From: Azolla caroliniana
Taxonomy: Eukaryota; Plantae; Polypodiophyta
Assembly (NCBI GenBank): GCA_043228905.1
Contig: JBHGNT010000015.1
Coordinates: 19,530,001-19,594,000 of the forward strand
DNA: 64,000 bases
Reading direction: 5' to 3'
This document shows, in pieces, positions 26,304-37,463 of the stretch; the first letter of the stretch is position 1, and each line of letters starts with the position of its first letter. A program made the translations under genes and the position numbers. A model generated the notes under the pieces. That model was given only the letters and a program-made list of their open reading frames with translations. It was not told where the DNA came from and ran no database searches.

Positions 26304-27034
26304 TAACAATCGGCAACGGTTTGGTTTGGTTTGAGAGGGTCAAATTCGAACCTGTTTGGAACCAAACCGTTAAAACCGCGGTTATGTGGTTCAACTTCGG
26401 TCAAATATTAATTTTTAAATTTATAATATTTCATTATTTTTAAATTTTAAAGATGTTCCTAAAATGTGAGAATAAGGTTTAAAAATGAAAAGATTGTTTA
26501 AAAACAAATTTTCACAAATAAAAAACAAAAATTGTTAAATCGTTTAAACCGGCATTTCGCTATCGAAACTGTGCTGCGTATAACCGCCCACCTTTTGAAA
26601 CCAAACCGAACCATTTTTAAAAAGAGAAAAGCACTAGTGTACCCCTGGAAGTTCGTCTATTTACCAGAATGCCCCTGGAAGTTCCAAATTGACCAAACTA
26701 CCCCTATGTCCAAAAAATTACACTTTATAAAGTAATTATACACTCTTGTCTACAAGCCCTATTTACAAAAGATGGAAGAAATGGACCCGAACTAGCCCTA
26801 TTCACCAAAGATTTGAGTGTATAATTACTTTATAAAGTGTAATTTTTTGGACATAGGGGTAGTTTGGTAAATTTGGAACTTCCAAGGGCATTCTGGTAAA
26901 TAGACGAACTTCCAGGGGTATCCTGGTACTTTTCCCTTTTAAAAAACCTAAACCTGAACCGAACCATTGAAACGGTCAAGCCGTTAAGCCGAGGTTTGGC
27001 GGTTCGGTTCAAACCGAACGGTTGCCCATTGTTA
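26304..27034. mobile_element. Non-autonomous hAT-like element upstream of MMgT, carrying a nested MITE
   Basis: TIRs TAACAATCGGCAAC / GTTGCCCATTGTTA; AACCG repeats; shares internal blocks with 13297-13839 in the opposite orientation. TSD not preserved. Confidence 0.8.
26624..26936. mobile_element. Mutator-like MITE with long TIRs (fold-back)
   Basis: About 125-bp inverted arms (G(A/G)GAAAAG...CCCCTGGAAGTTCGTCTATTTACCAGAATGCCC...ACTTTATAAAGTAATTATACACTC) and a 9-bp TSD TTTTAAAAA (26615-26623 and 26937-26945). Confidence 0.9.
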
Positions 27035-27138
27035 ATTTAGAATTTAGAACATAAAGAAAGAAGAAGAAAGAAGAAAGTCCTCTGCCTCCCCTGCACCGAG
27101 AGACCTCTGCCTGCCCTCATCGATCCATCGAGCTCGCC

Positions 27139-30100
27139 ATGGCTATAGACTTTGCTATTGGGACTCTCGGTCTCCTCATCTTAGGTCACGCAGGTTTCTC
27201 TACCATTCAGTGTAAGCGACCTCTCTAATCTCTCTCCCTCCTCCCCCTCCCTGTATCATGTCGTCTCTTGGTTTGTTCGATGTTTCTTGGTCCTTTCTTT
27301 GTTTATTTATCGATTCCTTTCCCTTCGACTCTGATCCGTTTAGTCATCAGGATCCGTTCGTTCATAACTTTGTTAATTAGCTAGCTAGTTACAGTTGAAG
27401 AACTTCTCTCTCTCTCTCTCACACACACACACAAGTTCGGTGTGTTCACTAGCTCCTTCTTTGGTTTAGGATGTCACAGTAAAATAATGATCTGCAGAGC
27501 GTGCAAAGATGAAGCTTCAAAATTAAGCTCGTTTTAGATCGAAAAAATATTTCATTAGACCCCAAAAATCAAACTCGAATAAATGGCCACGGTTTCAAAG
27601 ACAATACATACACCTAAAAATTTTGTGGGTTTTATATCAATATTTATGCTGCACATAAATTTGAAACCCAGTTTAGATTTGAAAGTCGTTCAAAGATTGC
27701 AAAGATCAGTCTCAAACAACTTGCAAAATTTGCAAAAACAATATATAAAACTATTAATTTTGTGTATTTACTCTGGTATCTATGATGTGCATAAACGTGA
27801 AACCCATTTTAGGTTGGAATCATTCGAATGTTTGCAAAAAACTTTGTAACTGAAATTATTAAAATTAATGAACTGGGTTTGGTCGAAATATTTGCACGAA
27901 TGAAATTGATTTTGATACAGAGGAACAGCAGTGTGACTTATTTTCTCACATAAAATCCTCTAAGTGTCAACACCAAACAGTATCCCTCTCAGTTGCTCTC
28001 TTCTGTTTTTTAGTGTTTTATATGCATATATACACAAATATATCACAATTAGATTTTTTTCTTTAACAATTCTAATCCCAATTTCAAAGAGTGATTGAAA
28101 TCTCAGGGTTGAACTACATTGAAAAGAGGAGCTCTTTGTACATTGCTGGATCCCCACCTTTATATTTAAATAGATTATTAATGAACATTGACCATACGTA
28201 CAAATACTTTCAAATCCAAATTTAGAAATAATGTTTCAAGTAACATCACATGTGAAAAACAATTCATAAAATCTCATTTTGAGGATGTGACACATGTACT
28301 ATGCTAAAATTATTTGAAGGGTTAGCCCTCTCAATCACTCTCTGTCTCTCTGCCTAAAATTGATGGTAACAGTAGCAAAGAAATAATAAATATTTAAAGA
28401 TACTGGAACCCAAATATGGTCAATGAGTTTCTTACAAGCTAGCGTTACTTTGAGTGGAATTTCTCCAAAGATTTATTGTGACTTGCTCATCAATTTTCTC
28501 ATAGAAATGGTATCACTGCATATTGCCACTCTTTCTTGGAATAGTCATATCTAGAAATCCACTATTCCTTCATAAAATTTTCAATATATTCCTTAAATCT
28601 CCCCAAAGCTAGGAATTTTTCACTTCAATTCCAGTTGTCTTCGGGAATATCTTATCAAGTTTATGAAGCATTCACCTTGTTTAATTACGCTCTCTCTTGC
28701 TCTCTGTAGTTGCTAATTCTCTGCTAATTTGTGAGCCTACACTATTATGTTTGTGTGTGTGTGTGCGAGATAGAGAGAGAGCTTGGATGAATGCGTTGCT
28801 GGTGAAATTATTTTTTTTACGGGACACTTATAGCACGTAAATTTTACAGATCAAGGTATCTTGAAGCTAAAAGATGAAGAATTTATTTTGCCACCTTTCC
28901 AGGTATTATTTTTGGGACTTTTTACGTTCTCCTAAAAAGAGGAATCAATGATTGACCTATTCTTATGTGTAGGTTATCATGGAGCTTTTGATTAGCCTTA
29001 CTCTTTGCTTTTGGGCTGCTTTGAGAGTTCCAGGACAGTTTTTGCCCATTTTACCCGACATGGAGAGCGATAGGTATACTTCTTAAGACTCAAATCATAA
29101 TTTTCCACTGGGCCTCTTTTCTTGCCTCCTCTCTTTGTCTTCAAATTTATAGCTTGGACCGTGCCAACCTCCATTCTCTGGTTTAGACATCTGTTCTAAG
29201 CTTGTGGACTTGGAGATGTCAACTCTGACACATTTGAACTGTGATCCACTTCAACTCCTCCTGCACACCACCCGCTGATGACGTTAAAACTGGACAGTGT
29301 TTATGGCCATGACTTTGGTTTTTGCCACAGTGACTATTTGGTTGCTACCTTTACAAAAAGTTACGTATTGCATGTAAAAACTTTTGCAGTCTTAGTTGAG
29401 AATGTTTGCTACCTTAGTGTCTTTTAAGAGGAGGCCAAAATGGTCTATGAGACCAAACAAGAGGTATATCTTAAAATGTTGTCTCATCTTTGAGAACAGA
29501 CCAAAACAAATGTCACTAAATAAAAATAGGCGTGACTAAAGCATCCCATTGTCTATTCACATAAGATTTTCAAGTCAGATGGATTGTACGTTTTGTCTTT
29601 CAAAGGTCTCCAGCATAGGTCAATCTGCTGGAGAGATCTCCGAAGCGATGGATGCACCTGTGCTGGCAGGAGATAATGGTCTTTATGTGTCAATCACAAG
29701 GATAGTGAGATTCTGATCTACCAGGCCAGGCCTACGTGCACAAAAAATTGCTATTGCCCAATATTTTGTACAAGAGAGAGAAAGAAGAAAGAAAGTTATA
29801 TTAACTTCTTTTAAGAGGCCAAATGGCCTATAAGACCAAACAAGAGATTACATCCTAAAATGTTGTCTCATCTTTGAGAAGAACCAGCTAAGGTAAAAAC
29901 ATGAATAGAATTAGAAATAACTATGACATGACTATGGAATCTCGTCATCTATGATGGTAATATTCTCAGATATATTGTAACTTTAAGTTTTTGAAAGAGC
30001 TCTAGCATAGGTCAATCCAGAAAGGAGAGGTCTCTGAAGTGAGGGAAGCACCTACAATGGTGGAAGATAATGATGTTTTTTTGTTGATGACAATGGTGAT

Positions 30101-31560
30101 GAGATCGTGGTCCACGAGGTCAATGCTTTGTGCACAACAAATTGCTATTACCTGATCTGAACCCATTTGTGTAGCCCTTGATTGCCTTGTAGCATGAGCA
30201 GGAATGATGGGATGAAAGAAAGTTGTGATTGTTCTTTGTTGATGAGTTTGTGTGGCTGTATTGTTATCCAACAACTTTTCCCCATGTCTCTTGAATTCTA
30301 GCAAGAAGCGTTGCAGGGACCGTTGATCCTCATATCCATTACCTCGCGTAGTGGGCCAAAGCCTTGCATAAAGAGGCAATGGTATCTTCCTCTTATTCAC
30401 CAAAAAGAGTACTTAAATATGACAAATATAATGTACTTGAGATTCCAATCCTTAATAACACAACACAATTGGCAGATTCTTCCTTCTAAAGGCATTCATG
30501 CATATTTTCCTCAATCTCTTAACTGATGCGAAGAATTTTGCAGCTGCCCTATCATACTACGCAGCACATGGAACAGATGTATGTCCATATAAGAGTGCCT
30601 GATGATGAATCCATTCTCCAATGTGTGTATAAAGTGTCTTATAATGGGCCATCTTCATAACAAGAGATGTTGCAGGGCTGGTCCATGTTATTTTGTTTTC
30701 GAAGTTGATAATCAGTTCAGATCTCTCTATTCTTTTCCACTTTTGTCATGTTTAGATGGTGACAAAAACCAAGTTATATTGGAATGGAGGTAGTGCATTT
30801 ACACTTATGCCATGTGACTCGAACTTGTTGTGTATCAGCATACCAACAATGATCATCGCCATTTTCAGCAAGTTGTTCTGATGACATAAGTGCCAACCTT
30901 GGGTACCTCGTTTAGGGAACTCCCAAAGCCATTGGATACTGATCACTGATTGGAATACTGTTAAGGCATTTAGATGTCTTTCTAGTCCCTCCTAGGAGTT
31001 CGACATGAGCACAATATCATCAGCATATAGTAATTGTTGCTCCCAAACCACTGAATCCTTCTATGTAATCTGATACCTCACCTATAGTGAGAGTGAAGAG
31101 AGTGGGTGATAGTGAGCATCCTCATTTTACTCCAAATTTGCTAGCCACAGCCTCTAACAACCCCATCGAGAGACTGCACTTTTCATTGCATGGATTCATA
31201 TAGTGCATAGATTCCCCCTTGCAAAAGGAGTTAAATTGTGTCCTCATAACTATTATGCTGGCATGGAAAAGAAATATTGTGCTCTTTAGTTTAATTGCAT
31301 GTTTCATCTGGGGATCAGGAAGTGTAAAGTATTGCCTATTGGCAATTCAACGTGTTCCACTCAATTGCAGTACCGTTATAGTGTTTTTCACACATTTATT
31401 ATCCAATTGTCTTTTCACTAGAGAGAGAGAGAGAGAGAGATTTGCTAATCTTTTGTGCAGGCTTACACACTTGTCTGAGAATCTGGATTTCATAACCTTT
31501 AACCATCGGGGGAAGGTGTTCCCATTGGAAATTGATGCGAAATTGAATCTAAAGAACTAA
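27139..31560 (+). CDS. EMC5: Membrane magnesium transporter / ER membrane complex subunit 5 (4 exons)
   Basis: Exons 27139-27211, 28850-28902, 28973-29073 and 31461-31560 give MAIDFAIGTLGLLILGHAGFSTIQYQGILKLKDEEFILPPFQVIMELLISL...VPGQFLPILPD...ENLDFITFNHRGKVFP. Confidence 0.9.
29410..31330 (-). mobile_element. Degenerate LINE (RT plus C-terminal zinc finger) with a second, tandem 3'-end copy, in MMgT intron 3
   Basis: Minus strand encodes GVK*GCSLSPTLFTL and QLLYADDIVLMS (RT motifs, about 31000-31140) and SSHQL...GRICQLC (about 30440-30540). Region 29420-29770 is a diverged copy of 29810-30160. Confidence 0.8.
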
Positions 31561-32859
31561 ATGTCTCTTTCAACTAGATTCAATCTCTGCATGGAGGATC
31601 GATATGAAAAGAAGATTAAATTGCAACTCTTCATATTTCGGTTGCCATTAGTTTTGCATGTCATGATAATTCTTAGTACATGCAAACAACTAATCCTCTC
31701 AACATCGAGTTTTCTCAGATCTTGTGTTTCTGCTCTTGAGATTTTAGGTGAAATTTGAGGCTGCCTTCCTTTGTGTAGTGTATGGACCATAGCTGGTTAT
31801 AAGACATTATTCCATTTGTTGGTCACTTATTAGTCATATTTGAGTAATTTACATTTTTAATCCTGGATATGAGCAAGGCTTGTACGTTAGAAGTTATTAC
31901 ATTATAATTATGATTAAGATGCTTATTATTTCAATAACTCTTGTAATGCTAGATATTATTATGTCATAATGATGATGAATATGATCATAATTCATCAAAA
32001 GAAAGTGATTTAGTTGTGATCATATCACAATATCAAAGCTTATCTGATTTTGGAGATGTGGGTATAATTATGAATGGATGGATTGGAGAGTGTCTAAAGT
32101 GTGTTGCATGCTGTTAAATTATATGGTTGTTGTGATGTCAATTTGTTATTGATTTGGACGAACAAATTGAGAAGGTTGATCAATCAAGCTTCAAATGGCC
32201 AAACAGATTTTAATTATTTTCAAGGTTGAGTGTAAAATCAATAAGTTTAATGAGTTTCATGGGATCTTGATTTAGAATTAGAAATTACTTCTGTGAATCA
32301 TGGGAAGGGTATCTCAACTATTCAATCAGAAAACATGCAAACACATTTGTTTAATATTGCAGACACTCGCCTTGGATCTTAGACTTCAGCATTCTGGGTA
32401 TCAAAAAACCCATGACATTGTAATTTTCAAGTGGCACAGTGAATCTATACTTAGATTTCTAGAGAAGATATACAAAATATCCATTGATACCATACCATGG
32501 CATGTCAACGTAACATAATCAAAATTTGCATGCAATTCTAGAAGCTATTGTTCGAAACCATTGAGAATGGGGTGTGATATTTATTAATGAGCTAATTTCT
32601 TATTTCCTAATCCAATGGAAATTTGCTTTTTATTATATTCACCAAAATTAGTACAACATTTTACACTAAAGCTCTAAATTCTGTAGTATTTGATCACCAG
32701 ATTCGTTCCATTTTATACAGCCACAAAATTGAGAATGCTCATGCATTCCATAGTAAATTATTTACATGTGAAGGCCCAAGATATTTGGGAGTTCCATTAA
32801 TTAATTCAACCAGCTCAAATTGTAATCTTTATTGAATTTGATTCTACTCAATTCATAAT

Positions 32860-35800
32860 TCATTTATTTGCAACACCACCTGAAGTTGGCCTGCACAATG
32901 TGAATCAATGAATAAGGGAGAGATCTCATATAAAAAAGAACTGATAAAGATTGAATGTGAAGCTTCAGTAACCAAGGAGAACTTACAATCCAACAAGAAC
33001 CTTGAAGGCGTCATAGATTCCCCATTGAGCACCAGTTAAGGTACCAACCATTACGATCCGAATGGGCAAACCACGAGTTAACAATCCCACCAGTCCAAAT
33101 TTCTTAACAGCCTTCACATATGGACAGCATCAAATAAATATTAGAATGTTGTAAGGTTTAATGCTTGGGACAGGGGGTTGAGGGTTGGATATAGGTTTCA
33201 GATTATGGAACTCAAAATCTAGGGCTTAGGACTTAGAATTAAGGATTTAGGATTTAGGATTAAGGTTAATGATTTAGGGCTTTTGTCCCAACTGTTACAT
33301 ATTTATACATTGATGAACTCAACTAAGCTAGAGATAAGCCCACTTATCTATCCAGCAGCAGGACACAGACCTAGGGGTGGTGCATAAATTTAAATACACA
33401 TATATATAATATATACACCATATTATCCATTAATGGACAATTCTATACAGCTCCTAATTTTATTATTTCAAATGCATTTAAGTCCCCAAGGTCTTTGAGG
33501 TTAAAGTTCTAAAGCACTTACATCACTAACTGTAGCACCCTTTGAGTTGTTAAGAAATGACACAATATTGTCCGCAGGATGAGAGATGATGGCACAAAAG
33601 ATTCCTCCTATGTAGCCCCCAGCAAAGCTAACCCCTAGTTGAGTCGTCTTAGAGCATTCACTTTTGGGAGTAGAAACCATGTTTTGATAAAGCAGCTCTA
33701 CAGTAGTCTCCGAGCATGAAAACTTCATCATTGTATCTATGGAAAATGGAATAACAGTATTATGAATAAACAAACAGCCACCACTCTCAGGTAGAAAGGG
33801 ATCTATATCTCTCAGCACACAAACACTTACATGGTATTTGACGACCCCATAGCGGCAAGAGACCTTTGTATAACCTGAAAAAGTCCAACCCCTTAACCTC
33901 CCACAAATTCCTTCATAAGGCTTTTTGCCACTCAAATATTCAATACAGATTTTTATGTTAAATTTCTCAACATTTTATCAAACCATTTTTCTCCCACCTT
34001 TTTTCATGTTGCAGTTGCAATAAGGTTTTATTCTTTCTAAATCTACAGTTAAAATCTCTCGAAACATGGATCTTCCCAAGGACGACAATTCTTTAACTCT
34101 CTCTTGAAGGAAAAAAGAAGGAACTCTCTGTTTTTAAACACTTTTTTCCTTTATGCCCTAATTGTGTGGTATGTGAGGCTAGAATATAAACAACAGTTAG
34201 GATCTCTGTTTGAATTGTAACACACATATCTTTGACACATTGTGCAGATCAACTACATGAAAAGCATGAAGGATACATAGAAAAAACAAAGTGGAGAAAA
34301 GATATGTACCCTCGATACCCCTCGGAAGCAACGAGCTTAGGAAATCCGTCAAATAAACCTCTTGCAAATCCAGGCTGTGTTTGTACTCTTACCTTCACAG
34401 CTTCAAAAGGGCAGAGTGCAATATCTGCAATGAATTCTGCAGAAGCTGATCCAGCCAGATAAATGAGTGTTTTATAGTTCTCTGCATTCTCAGGTCCTGC
34501 CAAGTCGGCATAATACTTTTTGAAGTACTCATAGAACCCGAATTTGCAAGCACCTTGGGCACCATAACCCAGCAAAGTTGGTGCCCAACCACGGAAAATT
34601 CCTCTCGGCCCTTGTTCTTTGAGTAAAACCCTGAGGCCACTGCTGGCACTTCTATATTTCACAGGATCTACCTGGAGACACAAACAAAAAAAACAGGGAT
34701 CCTTAGAAGAAACACCATATCCTTCTAGTCCTCCCGAGATTATATTTAACAAGAATAATATTTGTATTGGCAGTATGTTAATTGAATTTTTAGATTTCCA
34801 TGTAAACTGATTCAGATGCAATGTCAAGAAAACCATGCATCTGGTTATAAGTTCAACTGGCTATAAACAATTTTAACAGTACGCTTCGGGTAAGTTATCA
34901 AAGCATGGAAAAAACAATTCAATAAAATGATATCGATGCAATCTTCATCCGGTTAGACCCAACGTGCAGGTATTAGCCTTAAACAATGTCAGCAATATGT
35001 TAACCAGATTCATAATTGTGTTAGTTGAGCTGGATGCAATTCCAAAATCTGGTTGTAGTCACTCAGTGATGTAGCAATTGGTCACAAATAATGGTAACTA
35101 TATGCTAACCAGAAGCTTGGCTTTGCATTATGTAACTAACTCACGTAGCTACAATGCAAACATTTAATTACCAGTTCAATATGAAGGAATCTAGTATAAA
35201 TATAACTAACTGGCTTAAATCCAATCTAGTTACTGATATAGGTTAAATACGAAACAATCTACAGAAAATTAAAGGGTAAAGAGTTAGTTAAGCAGATCTA
35301 ATGCCAACATCAAGTTACTTATATAGGTTTTGCATGTCAACGAGAATCTATTGAAAATCGAAGGGCATCAATAGGTTAACAACAACATGCTAAACACAAT
35401 ATGGATGTGTAACTAACTGACTTAAATCATCAAGTTGTTTAAATAACTTCCATATATGCATCTATCTACTGAAAAATCAAAGGACCAGTGTGTTGGCTAT
35501 GCACATGTAACCAGCTGAACTTGATACAACGTCTAGTTACTTATACAGGTTCCGTATATGAACCAATGCATAGAAAATCAAAGAGTAAATCCATAAAAGG
35601 AAAAAAGAAAAAAATGGAGACAGAGAAAGAAGAAAACAAAGTCGTTACTTGCATATTGCATTTAACAAGGTCCATAGGAGTGACAGCCATGTGGGTGGGT
35701 CCACAGCTAAGGATACCACCGACGGTACAAGCTGCATAGAACTGCGGAGAATACATGGTGATCTTTCCGGGTTCACTCGGTGCACAAATGGCGACATTAC

Positions 35801-35939
35801 CATTATTTGATGATGATGATGATGATGATGATAAAGATGCACTTATCATAGAACTTGCAAAGCTTGAAGCTATGCCTGAAGGTTTGTACAGACTGATGGG
35901 TAGTAGGAAAGGCTGAGAAGGCTCTGTTTGAGGTGCCAT
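32860..35939 (-). CDS. Mitochondrial phosphate carrier (MPT/PHT3 family, 6 exons)
   Basis: Exons 35939-35649, 34671-34310, 33874-33831, 33736-33522, 33111-32987 and 32890-32860 splice in frame: [18 protein letters not shown]...[10 protein letters not shown]...[22 protein letters not shown]...[11 protein letters not shown]...[14 protein letters not shown]...[15 protein letters not shown]...LPTSGG. Confidence 0.95.
33220..33280 (+). repeat. Degenerate telomere-like heptamer array in an MPT intron
   Basis: TAGGGCTTAGGACTTAGAATTAAGGATTTAGGATTTAGGATTAAGGTTAATGATTTAGGG resembles decayed (TTTAGGG)n. Confidence 0.5.
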
Positions 35940-36149
35940 AGATAATTGCTTACTGTTGTGAGAAGAACCCACACAATGCTTTAAATCTCCTCTTTCTTGT
36001 TCTCCAATCCATCCAAGGGCAAGGAAGAAATCAACACCAAAATGCATACATACGTACTCTCATGGGAGAAGACCAGGCCAACATCACAAGCAACTTTGAC
36101 TTGAATTGCAATCACATCAATTGAGAAGGCTCTGTTTGAGGTGCCATAG

Positions 36150-36630
36150 CTGATTACGGTTCTGGTTCTGTCCGCTTCGGTTTGGGGGTTTGACAATTCG
36201 GTTCGGTTTGGTCGAGCTTCTATCATTTTAATGGTTTTTGGTAAAAACTGTTTGAAACCACAATTTAAACGATTTGACAGTTTAGGATTGACAGTTGATA
36301 ATTTTCTTAAATATTTTTTTGAAATTTTTAAGCCTAATTTGATCTTTTAAGAAAAATCTTTAAATTTTGAAATATTGGAAAATTTTTATTTTATAAAATT
36401 AATATGTGAAATTTTGAATTTTGACCTATAACCTAAAAACCAAAACCGAATCGCAAAACCGCGGTTTTAATGGTTTAAAGGTTTGAAATTCTCTAAAACG
36501 GTTTGGTTTGAGCTTGATTTTTTTGTAACGGTTCGGTTTAAACGGTTTTTTGGTTTCATGGTTTGGTTTAAGTTTCAATTTTTAAAAACGGTTTGAGGTT
36601 AAAACTCTCGAACCAAGTTGCCAATTGCTA
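36150..36630. mobile_element. Non-autonomous hAT-like element upstream of the phosphate carrier
   Basis: Right TIR GTTGCCAATTGCTA and CGGTTT/AACCG repeats of the same family; left terminus degenerate. Confidence 0.7.
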
Positions 36631-37463
36631 TTTCCATATCCTCCACAAAAAATGGGTGTGACAGTGCACCCAAGTCAATTACCGAAGCCTGACCCCATAA
36701 ATGACTAGCATTGAAGACGTGGCCAATGCCAGAGCTCACATTCAGGCACAACAAATGTTGGGATAAATTTATTCCTCAATAGACACCCCCCCATGCCTGA
36801 GGGGCGCAAGACGTGCCTCCACACATCCGACACGTGTTGTGAATGGGTATCAAGGGGGGGAAGGGGGGCATGCATCGAATAGAAGAAAAAAAAAGTGTGT
36901 GCAATCGAAAGGCTACAATCGGATCGAGTTTTCCAAGTAAGGGACTCAGCTGGCAGAAGATTTGGAGTTTGTCTGGGCTAGAGATCTAGATGATAGAATG
37001 TTTAACCCCTAGATTTCGTTTCTACTTGGGGTCCATGATATCTTCCCGGAGCAACAAGAAGCGATCGAGCATCTCCTCGTCCTCAATGATGATGAAACAT
37101 AATTGTTACCAGTAGTGTCTCCCGAATGTTATCTCCATAGAAACCTAATACAAATTCCATAAACTTTTTCGACCATTTTGTGGCCATCGTCCTTGTTGCA
37201 ACAAAAGCAACCTTTATTTTAATTTGTACGCATGTTAATTTTTCAGAGAGACACATGTGGGACCATTCGTAATCCCTGCAAATCAATTTGGTTATTTCCT
37301 CTGTAAAGTTAATGCGTTCATATCGTCCTCCAATACTTCTTCTTTTCAAAAGAAAAGTTGACCAAACAAGTGTTTGAGCTATATTCAAATAAGTTCCAAA
37401 GACAATAGTACAAATCCTTTACTTGAAGAAGACGGCTCACAAAGTTAAACGTCATTTGATATA

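Noticed and set aside
36980-37460. ORF 37083..37388 and ORF 40642..40881 flanking the MULE as a disrupted gene
   Set aside because: No recognisable domain or splice-consistent model; any resemblance is too weak to support without a search.
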